A DNA stretch of 63,368 nucleotides, filler included, from Octopus bimaculoides (taxonomy: Eukaryota), in the NCBI RefSeq assembly GCF_001194135.2. It is 5 parts of 5 records of this genome, joined end to end, with 100 filler letters (N's around TTAATTAATTAA, not from the genome) between each part and the next. Parts side by side here need not be neighbours in the genome. Positions count along the whole stretch, not along the records: positions 36,496 to 46,275 come from NC_068981.1; positions 46,376 to 61,027 come from NC_068986.1; 3 more parts are not named here. One strand, 5' to 3'. Under the pieces are notes generated by a model. The model saw only the letters and a list, made by a program, of their open reading frames with translations, was not told the origin of the DNA and searched no databases. This document shows, one piece after another, positions 38,003 through 51,216 of the stretch (positions within the stretch are counted from its first letter, which is position 1; every line of letters starts with the position of its first letter). A program made the translations under genes and the position numbers.

Positions 38003-39129
38003 GCCCAGATTATACCCGGCAAATTCGTCGTAGAAGATTTCATCCATTTTTCTGAAAGTTATGAGGAAACAAAGTCAAGTGGTGCGAGCACACACTTGTT
38101 TAGGTATCCGCCCTCTGCATTTATACCAATTGCCTCCTCCTCCTCCTCCTCATCATCATTTTAATGTCCATTTTTCCATGCTTGCATGGGTTGGGTGGAA
38201 TTTGTTGAGGCAGATTTCCAATGGCCACATGCCCTTTCTATAACCAACTCTCACTTGTTTCTGAGTACAGCAAAATTCTTCTCCCCTCCTCCTCCCCATG
38301 GCCAGATAGGTTTTTGCAGCTAATATTGGGAATGAATGACACTGCATCTATGACAATGACACACGTTCAAGGCAAGGAGACACACACACAAACACATATA
38401 CATCTAAATACATAACATATATCATCATCATGATGCTCATTCAACATCCATGTTCCATGCTGGCATGCATCGGACTGTTTGACAGGATCTGATGTGTCCA
38501 AGGACAGCATCATGCTACAATGTCTGCTTTGGCATGGCTTTCTACAGCTGGACGTCCTTCCTAATGCCAACCACTTTACACCATGGACTGGGTTCTTTCT
38601 TTTCCTTGCCACCTGTACTATTGAGAGGTCACCATGCAGCTTGCAAAATTACAGCTTTATTCTAAGGGATAAGGGTTTAGTGTAGAAGTGAGAGGAGTCG
38701 GAGCAGGGTCTTGTAGAAGATTTGCAGGGCTCCTCACATTTAGTAGGGAGAAGGGGAGAAGGAGTAGCAAAGAGATAGAAAGTGGCAATGATGGACCTTC
38801 AGTGCAGAAGGTGAGTAGGAGTGGGTGGATGGTTTGCAAGATCATATATGTGGGGCAGGAGATGAAGGTATGAGGGGTTAGACTGCAATTGTAAAAATTG
38901 GATTGAAGAGAGGACAAGAGAACAAAAGAGATGATATGGTCAGGTCAACTGAAGGAGCCCTGTATGAGGAGAGACAGCCATAGTGCATGGTGGAAGGTAA
39001 TTTGGTTCTGGTGGGGGAAGAAATCACTGTAACATATGAGTGGAGAGCACAATATACATAGCGCTTCCAGAACTTGGTTTCTCTGAGGAGGAGGAGGAGG
39101 AGGAGGAGGAGGAGGAGGAGGAAGAGGTT

Positions 39130-39990
39130 CTTTTTGGGGATCTCATATCCTGGTCCTTTGTCATCTTCTCCATAAGGCTTAGGCTCCTGAGGTCAGCCTT
39201 TATTACTTCATACCATATCTCCCTAGATGTCATTCTTCCAGAAGTTCCAACCACAGGGCACTTCTTTATACAGCTACTCTCATCCACATGCATCACATGT
39301 CCATCCCAGTGCAGTCTTCTGTCTTGCACACAACAACTGAATCTTCGAACGTCTGGCTTTTCACTCAGCACCTTCCTACTAGTTTCTTTCATGCACATCT
39401 CATGGAACCTACTTGCTTCATTTCTTTCCAATCTTCTCAAGTCCTCTGCACTCAAGGTCCATGCCTTATTGCCATGCAGCATTGAACTGCTGAACAGGCA
39501 GCATACAATCTGCCCCTCACTCGGACGAAAAAGACCTTTGTTGTCAAGATCAGTAGTGAACTTTCCTCAACTTGTCCTTATTCTGGCTACAATACTTCAG
39601 AGCAATCACCTCCCCTGCTACTTACATCTCTTAGGCAAGAAAAGCTATCAACTGGTTTTAGTAAGCCATCTGCGACATTTAAGAGAAACTCTTTCTATTC
39701 TGCTTCTACGTTCTGCTCCAGTGCATCTATTGCATATTAAGCTTACATTGAGTACAGCCTACGGAGTTTATACCTACTTCTTTTCTGCATTTCAAAGCAA
39801 GGCCATTTCCCTTCAGCTCCTCTCTTAGTAAATGTTATGTTTACATTAAGGCTTCTCAATTCTAGGTTTAGCTTCCATAGCTGGAATTTATTCTCCAATT
39901 CTCCGATAGATTCATCTATGAGAACTAGACTATCAGTGTACAGGAGTTCCCACAGCCAGTCTTAAACTCCTCTGAAATGGCTTATAGGAC
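39130..39990 (-). mobile_element. Degenerate RTE LINE, RT C-terminus and 3' end
   Basis: MLHGNKAWTLSAEDLRRLERNEAS...VQDRRLHWDGHVMHVDESSCIKKC...WYEVIKADLRSLSL. Confidence 0.85.
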
Positions 39991-40099
39991 TACGGGGAAG
40001 AAGAGAAGACTGAAAAGCAAACCTTGATGATCTCCTACCTTCTCACTAGATTCCTCACTGATATCATTTCTAACGCTCACTTTACTTACTGTACAGACA

Positions 40100-40830
40100 G
40101 CTAAAAGGACCCAAACAATTGTCTCCCACCAAGAATTCAGAATGAAAGACTCCAGGAAGTAAAACCGTTATTGCTTAGAAGAAAGTACCAGTCTTCTCTA
40201 ATAGAGAATGCAATAAAACACGCCAAAGCAATAGATGTTGAAGAATTATAAAAGACCAAAAGCAGTTCAGGGACACCCAAAATTCTATCTGAAATTTGAA
40301 CACACAACACAAGAAACATAGAAACAAGAAACATGAGAACATACCATTATTCAGCCAAGACCCAAGAGTGAAAAAGGCACTTGAATCATACAAAATAATC
40401 AAATGCAAAAGACAACCAAAATTTCAAAAATAGAACTACATACCAATGCAAAAAGTAGCAACTGAATTTCAATGTTAACAAGTGAGACCACTTTAACTGC
40501 AGAATTTGCAGCAACCTTATTGAGGACAAAACATATAACTTGAAATTGAGACAAGTTTTTACTGTGAAAAATCACTTTACTTGTTCTTCACAAAAATTTA
40601 ACAAATGCCATCAAATGCAATAATATAATGAAGATTATATTGGACAAACTAACTTCTTAAGAATATGATCCCAGAACTAGACAGATCCCACTCAGTAAAT
40701 ATTTGGACATATGTGCAATCAACAAATCTTCTAAATTTTTAGTCTTCGCACTCTATCAATCCAAAGACAATACCACAGACCAAACACAAATTAAATAAAG
40801 AAAATTGATTTATTAAAAAATATATATTAT
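40100..40830 (+). mobile_element. Degenerate Penelope-like element (thumb to GIY-YIG)
   Basis: RLQEVKPLLLRRKYQSSLIENAIKHAKAIDVEEL, NEDYIGQT and QIPLSKYLDICA. Confidence 0.65.
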
Positions 40831-41398
40831 GGCTGAACAGGTTATACAGCACCAATAATATGCGATTTGCCATTCACTATGAGTGCTATCCATGGTTGAA
40901 TAAAGATCCCTGTTAATGAAAGTGATTCATATCTCTCTTAAATGCATTAATTACACTTTAATTTTGGATATAAGAAATTTCAGCTGACTTCATTTCATTT
41001 CTACAAATCCCACTTAACCTTTCCTTGTGTGTGTGTGTGTGTGTTTGTGTGTATTGCTTTGTTTTCTCTAACACATGCACACATACACAAACACACACAT
41101 ACGCACACTCCTTGACAGGCAGAACACCATTTTTACTGTCATTTTTCAATGCTGTAATGCATTGGATGGTTGGAGGGAATCTGAGTTGCAAAGCTGTTTT
41201 GCTGCAATGTCTCATTTTGTATCATCCGATGCTGTATGACTGAAACTAGGGAGATAGAAACTGTTAAGAAGCCTAAGAGATGTCAATCCATTTGCAGAGT
41301 GGACTGGGGACTTTTTTTTTCCCAAAAGAACATCACTAGTGAAGTTGCCTTGAAACTGGCAAGATTGAAAATCCACCACAACTGGAGAAGAGAACAGG

Positions 41399-41436
<38 letters not shown>

Positions 41437-41839
41437 AACTAAATAGTAAGGATAATGGGGAGGGGGTAGTAAAGGGGGGCAGAGTTAGTGTTGTATTCTA
41501 CATTACATATATAATGGACAGCAAGTGTGAGAGAAAGGGATCGTAAATTCATTGCTGAACTCATTGTTGATGGTCATCTTGCTGACCGCTTCTCTGTACA
41601 TAACCAATTCTTCTGCCCTTAGTCTCCTTAACGAGTGACCATGTCAGAGCCTTCTCTGGGTCTATGTATTCTGGGTATGGCACTCAGTTTGGGCTTGGTT
41701 TCTATGGCAGGAGGCCCTTCCTAACACCAGCCACTCTACAGAGGGTTCTGAGTTTGTTTTTTATATGGCACCAGCACCCACGCCTATGCTTTCTATGTGG
41801 CAGCTTGTTTTAGGATCCCAATTCTATTGTGGTGGGCAG

Positions 41840-42085
41840 GTGCTCTTGAGTACAGCAATGAGCCACATATCTCGGTCCCTGGTCATCTCTGTAAGGTTCA
41901 GCATTTTGAGATCAGGTTTCTATATTTTGTGCCATGTCTTCCTGGGTCTCCCTCTCCCACACCTTTACTCCACTTTAAGCGATCAGCACTTCAGTTTGCA
42001 ACTGTCCTCATCCATCCAGATCATGATCAAACCAGCACGGTCTCCTCTCTTGCACACTGCATCTAATTCTTCTTATAACCAACTT
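41840..42085 (-). mobile_element. RTE LINE extreme 3' fragment
   Basis: IRCSVQERRPCW...; nucleotide similarity to 39130-39350 and 44210-44290. Confidence 0.75.
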
Positions 42086-43149
42086 CCTAGCTACATACAT
42101 ACACAACGTCAAGTCATATGATTATATATATATAGACAAATAAATTTACACAAAGCATAAGAAATACAGAAAACTAAGGAAAGAATACATAGTTTTTTAA
42201 AACTTGACAGCTGTTTCTGGAAGCTCAGAGTTATGTAATAATCGTAATGTTCATAATAAGCAGATGGAATGTGCGATAGGTCATGAATACACAACCAGTA
42301 AATGGTTGCATAGAGATATTAATATAAGATTGGCTTTCTTTGTTGGGAGAAATAATTGACAAGAGAAGTTCATAATCTGATGTAAGAGATTTAAAGGCTA
42401 AAGGGAAGAAGAGGAAGAAAAAGTTAAAGGTAGGGAGAGGGAGGATGCATGTGGCATTGAGAGGAGGGTAGAGAAGCAGGGGAAGAGCAAGAATTACAAA
42501 GTGGGGTGAGGGAGGAGGAGGTCAGTAATCAGGGGGAGTGAATGGAAGTAGAAAAGGTGAGTCGGAGGGGAGGGGCTAAGATAAGATAGTATGGTGACAA
42601 GAAGCACCATTGGTGATCAGGCAGACTATGTTACTAAGCAGATCTTGAATAAATTAGGGACAGTAGTTGGCTATAAAAGAAGATAAGAAGATACAAGGAG
42701 TGAAATAAAGGAAGGGAGTAGCAGAGACGGAGGGCAGCTGAGCAAGGGAGAAAGGTATGAGAGAAAAAAAGAGAGAAATAGACTTTGAATCAATTGAGGA
42801 GGGGAGCTAGTTTTAGAGGGAGACAGGAAAAGGCAAGGAATAATGGTAGGGTAGCAAAGGAGGCAGATATGCTGAGATGTGAAGAAAGGTAGAAGGAGAG
42901 TAGAGAGAGAGAAAGAGAAGAAATATGCTGCAGCACATTTAAGTGATAAGTTAGGGCTTTATCATAATGAGGGGAAATCACAGAGACTTTGTGTAATAGG
43001 CAAATATGGAATAAAATTTGTGCTTACATGAAAAGATTATATTACAGAACCTATTGATTAATGAGGGGTTGCAAAGGAGAGTGAGTGATTCCTTTCAATA
43101 CAATTTTAAAACATACTGAACAGAGGGACCAGCTATCCTAGTTGACAGT

Positions 43150-44290
43150 AGCATAAAAGATAAGGTAATTAAAGATATGAAAACAGAGAAGGCCCCTGGT
43201 CCATCAGGAGTCACCAGGAAGATGTTTAAGGTATCTGGCAGGGTTGGATACAGTCTATTCACTCGTATAGTTAACCAGGTTATTCAGTAATCCTTAGTGA
43301 CTGGTACAGCAGCATCATAGTCAGCTGCTACAAGGGCAAGGGGGATGTCTCAGATAGTAGTTATAGAGACATCAGATTGCTGGGCCAAGTGATGAAAGTT
43401 GTGGAGAGAGAGATATAACCCAATTAATTTGGAACACAATTAGACAAGATGAAATGCAGTTTGGCTTTGTTCTGGGGAGAAGCACCACTGATGCTATTTT
43501 CATGTTCAGGCAACTGCAATTTAGCTAAGAACAAGCTGTGGTACTTGGCATTTGTTGGTCAAGAGAAAGCCTTTAACAGAGTACCTCACACTGTGATATG
43601 GTGGTCTGTGAGGAAGCTAGGGATAAAGGAATGGCTTGTGAAAGCAGTAAATACCAGGGGTGCTGTTAATAAGGTAAAAGTTGGCCATGGGTACAGTGAC
43701 AGATTTAATGTACAGGTAGGTTTCCACATAGAGTCAGTTCTCAACCCCATCCTAGTCATCATTGTCCTCCAAGCAGTAACAGAGGAATGTCAAACTGGAA
43801 GCTCATGGGAACTCGTATATGCTGATGATCTTGGACTTATAACAGAATTAGAAACGAAATTCCAGGTGTGGAAACAGAACCTGGAATCCTAGAGTCTTAA
43901 AGTAAACTTTGCAAAGACCAAGGTCCTAGTGAGCAAGAAATCGGACATGACTCTTCATCCCTCCAGTAAATGGCCCTGCTCGATATGTAGGGAGGGTGTA
44001 GACAGAAATTGTTTTCAGTGTAGTCAGTGTAAGCTATGGACACACAAGAGGTGAAGTGGAATAGCAGGAAGGTTAACGGAAAAAGTAGTGTTAACCTTGC
44101 ATGTAGAGGACATGCAAAGGCTGGAGAGGAATGAAGCTGGTATGCTTTGCTGGATGTGCAACAGAGCATTAGTGCTGGGCATGGGATGAAGAAGTGAAGG
44201 CTGATCTCAAATTTCTGAACCTTACAAAGGAGATGACGGTGGAGAGAGATATGTGCCACATGGCTGCACTCAAGAAGACCCACCTCCTAA
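43150..44290 (+). mobile_element. Degenerate RTE LINE RT with a Cys-rich PHD-like segment
   Basis: KAPGPSG, QEKAFNRVPHTVIWWSVRKLG, ELVYADDL, LKVNFAKTKVL and WPCSICREGVDRNCFQCSQCKLWTHKR*SG. Confidence 0.85.
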
Positions 44291-44509
44291 AATTAAAGGA
44301 TTTCAATATATCACAATTTCCTTTCGTTTCATTATTACAACTGACATGACTCAATGCCAATACAGACTCGCCAGTCCCGACTCCACTTATGCAGATGCTC
44401 TAACAAAGATCTGCAGTAGTTTGTTATATTTGACTTGACTCAAAAATTTTGGTACCATGCATTATTTCTTAGGATAACATGAAATATATATATATATATG
44501 TATATATCA

Positions 44510-46275
44510 TCACTGACGCGGTCGGGGGCGTAGGAATACTTCTAGCGGAGAAATGGGTGGATAAGGTAATCGAGGTAGTTAGAGTATGTGACAGAGTACT
44601 TAAGATTAAACTAGTGCTTCATCATAGGCTAGCTACTGTCATCTCAGCCTATGCACCTCAACCGGGGCTACCAGATGGTCTGAAAGACCAATTCTATGAC
44701 ACCCTCTTGCAAACTACCTCGTCGACGAGTGACAGGGACCTTCTCTTTGTGGCTGGAGACTTCAATGGTCATGTCGGACGTCGTGCTGGAGGCTTCCATG
44801 GCATACATGGAGGCTATGGCTTCGGTTCCNNNNNNNNNNNNNNNNNNNNNNNNNNNNNNNNNNNNNNNNNNNNNNNNNNNNNNNNNNNNNNNNNNNNNNN
44901 NNNNNNNNNNNNNNNNNNNNNNNNNNNNNNNNNNNNNNNNNNNNNNNNNNNNNNNNNNNNNNNNNNNNNNNNNNNNNNNNNNNNNNNNNNNNNNNNNNNN
45001 NNNNNNNNNNNNNNNNNNNNNNNNNNNNNNNNNNNNNNNNNNNNNNNNNNNNNNNNNNNNNNNNNNNNNNNNNNNNNNNNNNNNNNNNNNNNNNNNNNNN
45101 NNNNNNNNNNNNNNNNNNNNNNNNNNNNNNNNNNNNNNNNNNNNNNNNNNNNNNNNNNNNNNNNNNNNNNNNNNNNNNNNNNNNNNNNNNNNNNNNNNNN
45201 NNNNNNNNNNNNNNNNNNNNNNNNNNNNNNNNNNNNNNNNNNNNNNNNNNNNNNNNNNNNNNNNNNNNNNNNNNNNNNNNNNNNNNNNNNNNNNNNNNNN
45301 NNNNNNNNNNNNNNNNNNNNNNNNNNNNNNNNNNNNNNNNNNNNNNNNNNNNNNNNNNNNNNNNNNNNNNNNNNNNNNNNNNNNNNNNNNNNNNNNNNNN
45401 NNNNNNNNNNNNNNNNNNNNNNNNNNNNNNNNNNNNNNNNNNNNNNNNNNNNNNNNNNNNNNNNNNNNNNNNNNNNNNNNNNNNNNNNNNNNNNNNNNNN
45501 NNNNNNNNNNNNNNNNNNNNNNNNNNNNNNNNNNNNNNNNNNNNNNNNNNNNNNNNNNNNNNNNNNNNNNNNNNNNNNNNNNNNNNNNNNNNNNNNNNNN
45601 NNNNNNNNNNNNNNNNNNNNNNNNNNNNNNNNNNNNNNNNNNNNNNNNNNNNGCCAGAGGGGAAGCAGATAAGAAAAGATTTGCCAATGTTCTGCACCGT
45701 GAGGACCAAAGACTCGAGGTATTTCGTGTTGCAAGACAGTGTAGGAGAGAGAATAGTGATGTCGTAGGAGAGAAATGTGTTCGCATGGATGATGGTACGC
45801 TTGCACTAAATGAGGCTGCAAAGAAAGATATTGCTTAATAAAAGAATGAATGGGAGAAAGAGAGCTTGCCGTATGTCGACCCCACAGAGGGACCAGCTAT
45901 CCGAGTTGACAGTACCAGGGTAGATAAAGCAATTAAGAGTATGAAGACAGGGAAAGCCCCCTGCCCATCAGGAATCACTGCAGAGATGCTCAAAATATCT
46001 GGCAGTGTTGGCTACAGCCTAGTCACCCGTATTACGAACCAGGTGATACACGAAGGAGTCATACCCAATGACTGGTGTAGCAGCACCATAGTCAACTGCT
46101 ACAAAGGTAAAGGTGACGCTTTAGATACAAATAATTACAGAGGCATCAAGCTGTTAGATCAGGTAATGAAGGTCACAGAGAGGGTCATAGCCCAACTAAT
46201 TAGAGAGCGAATCAATTTAGATGAGATGCAGTTTGGGTTCATGCCAGGTAAAAGCACCACTGTTGCCATATTTCT
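44510..46275 (+). mobile_element. Better-preserved RTE LINE (APE endonuclease and RT N-terminus), gapped
   Basis: GVGILLAEKWVDKV...VISAYAPQ...VAGDFNGHVG; KAIKSMKTGKAPCPSG...NYRGIKLL...QFGFMPGKSTT. Confidence 0.92.
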
Positions 46276-46375
46276 NNNNNNNNNNNNNNNNNNNNNNNNN
46301 NNNNNNNNNNNNNNNNNNNTTAATTAATTAANNNNNNNNNNNNNNNNNNNNNNNNNNNNNNNNNNNNNNNNNNNN
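46276..46375. other. Artificial scaffold join (44 N + TTAATTAATTAA + 44 N)
   Basis: Same construct as at 21140. Confidence 0.95.
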
Positions 46376-46662
46376 CTGATTATAGTAATGATCATGAGAA
46401 AGGAAACACTCGAGGGCTGATAATAGTAAGGATCATGGGAAAGGAAACACTCGAGGGCTGATAATAGTAATGATCATGAGAAAGGAAACACTGGATGGCT
46501 GATAATAGTAATGATCATGAGAAAGGAAACACTCGAGGGCTGATAATATTAATGATCATGAGAAAGGAAACACTGGAGGGCTGATAATAGTAATGATCAT
46601 GAGAAAGGAAACACTGGAGGGCTGATAATAGTAATGATCATGAGAAAGGAAACACTCGAAAG
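46376..46662 (+). repeat. 41-bp minisatellite, at least 7 copies
   Basis: Unit ctgataatagtaatgatcatgagaaaggaaacactcgaggg with few substitutions; begins at the gap edge. Confidence 0.95.
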
Positions 46663-46705
46663 AAGTGAAAGGAAAAAAGATATAACTATACATGTATGTA
46701 TGTGT

Positions 46706-47005
46706 GGAGTCGCAATGGCCGAGTGGTTAGGGCAGCGGACTCGCGGTCATAGGAACGCGGTTTCGATTCCTAGAACAGGCGTTGTGAGTGACCACCACTT
46801 TCACTGACTCTTCCTGATTCTGTTGTACCTGTAATTCAAAGGGGCCAGCCTTGTCACACTCTGTGTCACGCTGAATCTCCCCGAGAACTACGATAAGGAG
46901 ACACGTATCTGTGGAGTGCTCAGCCACTTGCACATTCATTGAACGTGCAGGCTGTTCCGTTGATCGGATCAAATGGCTCCCTCGTCGTCGCAACCAACGG
47001 AGAGC
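46706..47005 (+). mobile_element. SINE family B-type
   Basis: A-box tggccgagtgg, B-box ggtttcgattcc; body gggccagccttgtcacactctgtgtcacgctgaatctcc. Confidence 0.85.
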
Positions 47006-47613
47006 CACGAATGTATGTATGTTTGGCGATTGATATACAGACAGAATGGCAGACATACAGATAAATAGATGATTAGAGATTGATTGTTAAGTATAAACAT
47101 ATAGGTAGACACGCATGTACACAGCGGGAGAGAGNNNNNNNNNNNNNNNNNNNNNNNNNNNNNNNNNNNNNNNNNNNNNNNNNNNNNNNNNNNNNNNNNN
47201 NNNNNNNNNNNNNNNNNNNNNNNNNNNNNNNNNNNNNNNNNNNNNNNNNNNNNNNNNNNNNNNNNNNNNNNNNNNNNNNNNNNNNNNNNNNNNNNNNNNN
47301 NNNNNNNNNNNNNNNNNNNNNNNNNNNNNNNNNNNNNNNNNNNNNNNNNNNNNNNNNNNNNNNNNNNNNNNNNNNNNNNNNNNNNNNNNNNNNNNNNNNN
47401 NNNNNNNNNNNNNNNNNNNNNNNNNNNNNNNNNNNNNNNNNNNNNNNNNNNNNNNNNNNNNNNNNNNNNNNNNNNNNNNNNNNNNNNNNNNNNNNNNNNN
47501 NNNNNNNNNNNNNNNNNNNNNNNNNNNNNNNNNNNNNNNNNNNNNNNNNNNNNNNNNNNNNNNNNNNNNNNNNNNNNNNNNNNNNNNNNNNNNNNNNNNN
47601 NNNNNNNNNNNNN

Positions 47614-47667
<54 letters not shown>

Positions 47668-48012
47668 GATGGAAAGAGTAAATCAGAGCGAACGCAGTTA
47701 AGTACTAAGAGACAAAGCAACGAGTTATTCTACCCCTGGGCAAATATGAGAAAAGATAAGTTGAAATCTGCAGGTTGCGGCCGGCGTTACAACGCACACA
47801 CATACGCACAGACACACATGCACGCACTCACACACACACACATGCACACAAATATATATAAGTAGATAAATTTTGTTTGTGCCCCAGCAAATATGATGTA
47901 TAGACATATGCTTTCAAACACATATATATGTGTGTGTGTATTATTTATATATACACACATTCACATAAGTATGTACACACACACATACATGTACACACAC
48001 ACACACACACAT

Positions 48013-48043
<31 letters not shown>

Positions 48044-48155
48044 CACACACACACATATATAGTAAATCCCAAAAATAACAAACACAAAAAACACAACAAC
48101 GCGAGGACGTGGTACATGTAAAGTATTAGCAGACGCTCGGGGAAGGAAAGAAAGG

Positions 48156-48193
48156 TGGTTTAACATTTCGAGCAACGCTCTTCTTCAGACACA
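48156..48193 (-). ncRNA. Minimal hammerhead-like motif in a pLTR-like repeat downstream of the PLE at 49164-50225
   Basis: tgtgt CTGAAGA a GAGC gtt GCTC GAAA tGTT aaacc: C15.2 is changed to T, consistent with CpG decay; stem I is weak. Confidence 0.55.
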
Positions 48194-49163
48194 GAGGAAA
48201 GTCCAATGGAAAGGAAGACAGGGGAAGAAAATCACCAACGATTCACATGTGGTTACATTTTGAAATGGCCGGAAGGGAATGGGTGAAGAAAAAGTTCTTT
48301 CTAAAGCAGGAGAGTGTAAGAGAAGAGGTATATATGTGTATGTGTGGGTATGTGTGTGTGCGCAAGTCTGTGTGTGTGTGTATATGTTGTGTGTGTGTGG
48401 TTTTGGTGGTTTATATGTGTATGTGTGAGTGAACTTTGTATCTCTTAATGTTCTAGAAAGAATTCTGAGCCTGGTGGCAGGAGTGGTGGTCCTTTGTGTA
48501 GTTGTGTGTCTCTTCACACATGCGTAGAGGAATGGTCAGTAGAAAGGTGTTTGACTGGCAGTTTGAAGTATGTGCGTGCGTGTGTATGAACGTGTGTGCG
48601 TGTATGTATATGTTGTGTTTGTGTTTTGTGTGTGTTGTGTGCATGCATCCGTGTGCGCGCGCGCGTGTGTATGCATGTGTGTGCATGTGTGTGTATGTAC
48701 GTGTGTGTATGTGTGTGGTGTTCGTGGGAGGTATATGTGCGTTCATGTGTGTGCGCGAGTGCATGTATTTTTTCGTGCGTGTGTATATGAACGTTTGTGT
48801 GTATATGCACGTGTGTGTATGTATGTGTGCATGTATATAGAAATAGAATGAAATATAATAAAATAAGATTGATAAATAAAGAGGGGGAAAAAGGGGGAAA
48901 GGGTACAAAATATAAAAAGTTAGCAGATGCGAGATAAAAATTGAAAAATAAAATATAAAAATTAAAGGGATAAAATAGAAATTAATACAATTATAAAAAA
49001 TAACGCAATTAAAAAGTTAAACAATAGGACGGAAAGAAAATGATAAAACATTGAGAAGGGGTAACAGTGTCAGAAAGTAAGAGGGGATAAAATAAGATGA
49101 ACTAAAATAAAATAAAATAAAGAACTAAAATCTGCTTTTTTAAGGAGTTTGCAGAGACAGTCG

Positions 49164-50225
49164 TTAAGAGGAGGGGGTTGAGTCCGAGGGGAATTTGTTC
49201 TTGTAGACTGAAAATGTAAGGATGTTGCAGGCGGAGTCGCGAGTGTGTGGATCTGTGACGCAGGGCGTGGCCAAAGACGAGATATTAGAAGGGGAGTGGT
49301 TGGTCAAGCGGAAATGATGGGCGATGGGGGTATTCGTGTGTAGCCGAACATCTCTTAGATGGTCGGTCGGCCATCTGGAGGCTCGTCTGACCAACGTAGA
49401 GTTTATTACAGAGATGACATCTAATGCAATAGATAAGGCTTGAAGAGATCCAGGAGAAGGGGTTTCTAATGTGGAGAGTGTGTTGGTTGGATCCAGTGAG
49501 AGAGATGGTGTTGGTGATGAAAGGGCAGGTGTAACAGCGGCATCTAGAGCAAGGGATTCGGGTGGAGATGGGGGGGGGGAGAGTAGGTGCTACGGAACAG
49601 AAGATCGCGTAGGTTTCGGGCGCGTTGAAAGGAGGATAGGGGTGGATTGGAGAAAATGGNNNNNNNNNNNNNNNNNNNNNNNNNNNNNNNNNNNNNNNNN
49701 NNNNNNNNNNNNNNNNNNNNNNNNNNNNNNNNNNNNGGTAGAGGGGTAGAGAAGGAGAGGAAATGAGGTGCGGTTAGTGGATTGGTGTGGGGAAGGAGAG
49801 AGGTCGATGGTGCGATCGATTCGACGAGCGCGGGCAAGGGCGGTTTGGAAAAGGGTTGAGGGGTATACTTGATGCATGAACAGGCGAGCAATTTACTGGG
49901 ACTGGGTCTCGAAATCCTGGTCCCGGCTGCACAAGCGTCGGAGGCGGAGGCACAGGGAGTAGGGGATGGCCCGTTTGGTGTGGGAGGTGTGGGAGGAGGA
50001 TGAGTTGAGGTAGGAATCTGCGGGTTTGAAGAAGGCGGAGGTGGTGAGAGAGTGGAAGGGGAGGTCAATGGTAAGAGAAATATCTAGGAAGTTACCGAAG
50101 TGTTAGAGATGGTAGAGGTAAATTGGAGAGAAGGGTGACAGTTAGAGGGGAAAGAGAGGAAGAGGCAGCGTCGTTCGGGGAGAGGGAGGTTGCGCCCATG
50201 CAGTCGTCTATGTATCGACCATATA
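49164..50225 (-). mobile_element. 5'-truncated Penelope-like element (Neptune-like): RT from YIDD, thumb, GIY-YIG
   Basis: GRYIDD, RAIPYSLCLRLRRLCSRDQDFETQ, FSNPPLSSFQRARNLRDLL, KLYVGQT and HLRDVRLHTNTPIAHHF; GC-richer than the flanks. Confidence 0.85.
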
Positions 50226-50234
50226 TATATGTGC

Positions 50235-50857
50235 AGCTTAGATTTCTTTTAAAGACTTTATAATTTAATAAACACAATATGGTTTTCTGTTGATCTTACC
50301 ATCACAGAACAGTACATCACACACACACACACACACTCACTCACATATATGAATATATATATGTGTGTGCGCGCGTGTGTGTGTGTATGTTTGTATGTTT
50401 ATGTATACAGTGAGAGAGAGAGAACGAAAGAGAGCGAGTGAGAGGGAGGGGGAGAGAGAGAGGGAGAGAGAGAGAGGGAGAGAGAGAGANNNNNNNNNNN
50501 NNNNNNNNNNNNNNNNNNNNNNNNNNNNNNNNNNNNNNNNNNNNNNNNNNNNNNNNNNNNNNNNNNNNNAGAGAGGGAGAGAGATAGAGAGAGAGAGGGA
50601 GAGAGAGAGAGAGAGAGAGTTCATCTATGTCCTTGAACAAAACCCAGCGTTCAGGCTGCGTCGACGGCTCGTACGCAAAATAAGTAAGATTTCTGAAAAT
50701 CTTACTACAGAACTCTTGAGGCGATAAACACCTTCAATTTCAATGGATTTGACGAATTTCACCATCAGCCTTTCTTCAATTCTTTAAATGTTATTAGCAG
50801 TTATGTATTCTTTCTTTCTTTGGATCCTATAGAAAGTCTTTAAAAGAAATCTAAGCT
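50235..50857. repeat. 25-bp perfect inverted repeat pair (50235-50259 and 50833-50857)
   Basis: agcttagatttcttttaaagacttt ... aaagtctttaaaagaaatctaagct. Confidence 0.85.
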
Positions 50858-51177
50858 TCATTTTGCAGCTGTGGCGCATCACTTGTACTCAACGTTTGAA
50901 AGTTATATATTCACTCGAATGTCGATATCTTTATCTTGCAGCTAAGAATACTGTTAGATTAGCTCCACAAATATCATCTGCTGCTGTAAGCATCAACGTT
51001 CATTGAAATAACTTATACTCCATTTGTGTAATCTATAAACACACTTCCTGTTCCAATCTAACGTAGACCTAGTTGCTGATTAAGGATCTATTAATTTTTA
51101 TGTTCCAAAGACTTTCACTTCTTTTGCCTTCTATTATATTTCAGCGATTTCGATCTATCTATCTATCTGTCTATCTG

Positions 51178-51216
<39 letters not shown>

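Noticed and set aside
39040-39828. 262-aa plus-strand ORF with poly-Glu
   Set aside because: It is antisense to the RTE 3' end, and the poly-E comes from a (GAG)n repeat
46376-46662. Minisatellite unit as a tandem hammerhead array (ctgataa...gaaac)
   Set aside because: No stem I or stem II pairing, and G8 is absent in every unit
46706-46780. tRNA gene
   Set aside because: A and B boxes are present but there is no cloverleaf; it continues into a SINE body, as do the other tRNA-like heads
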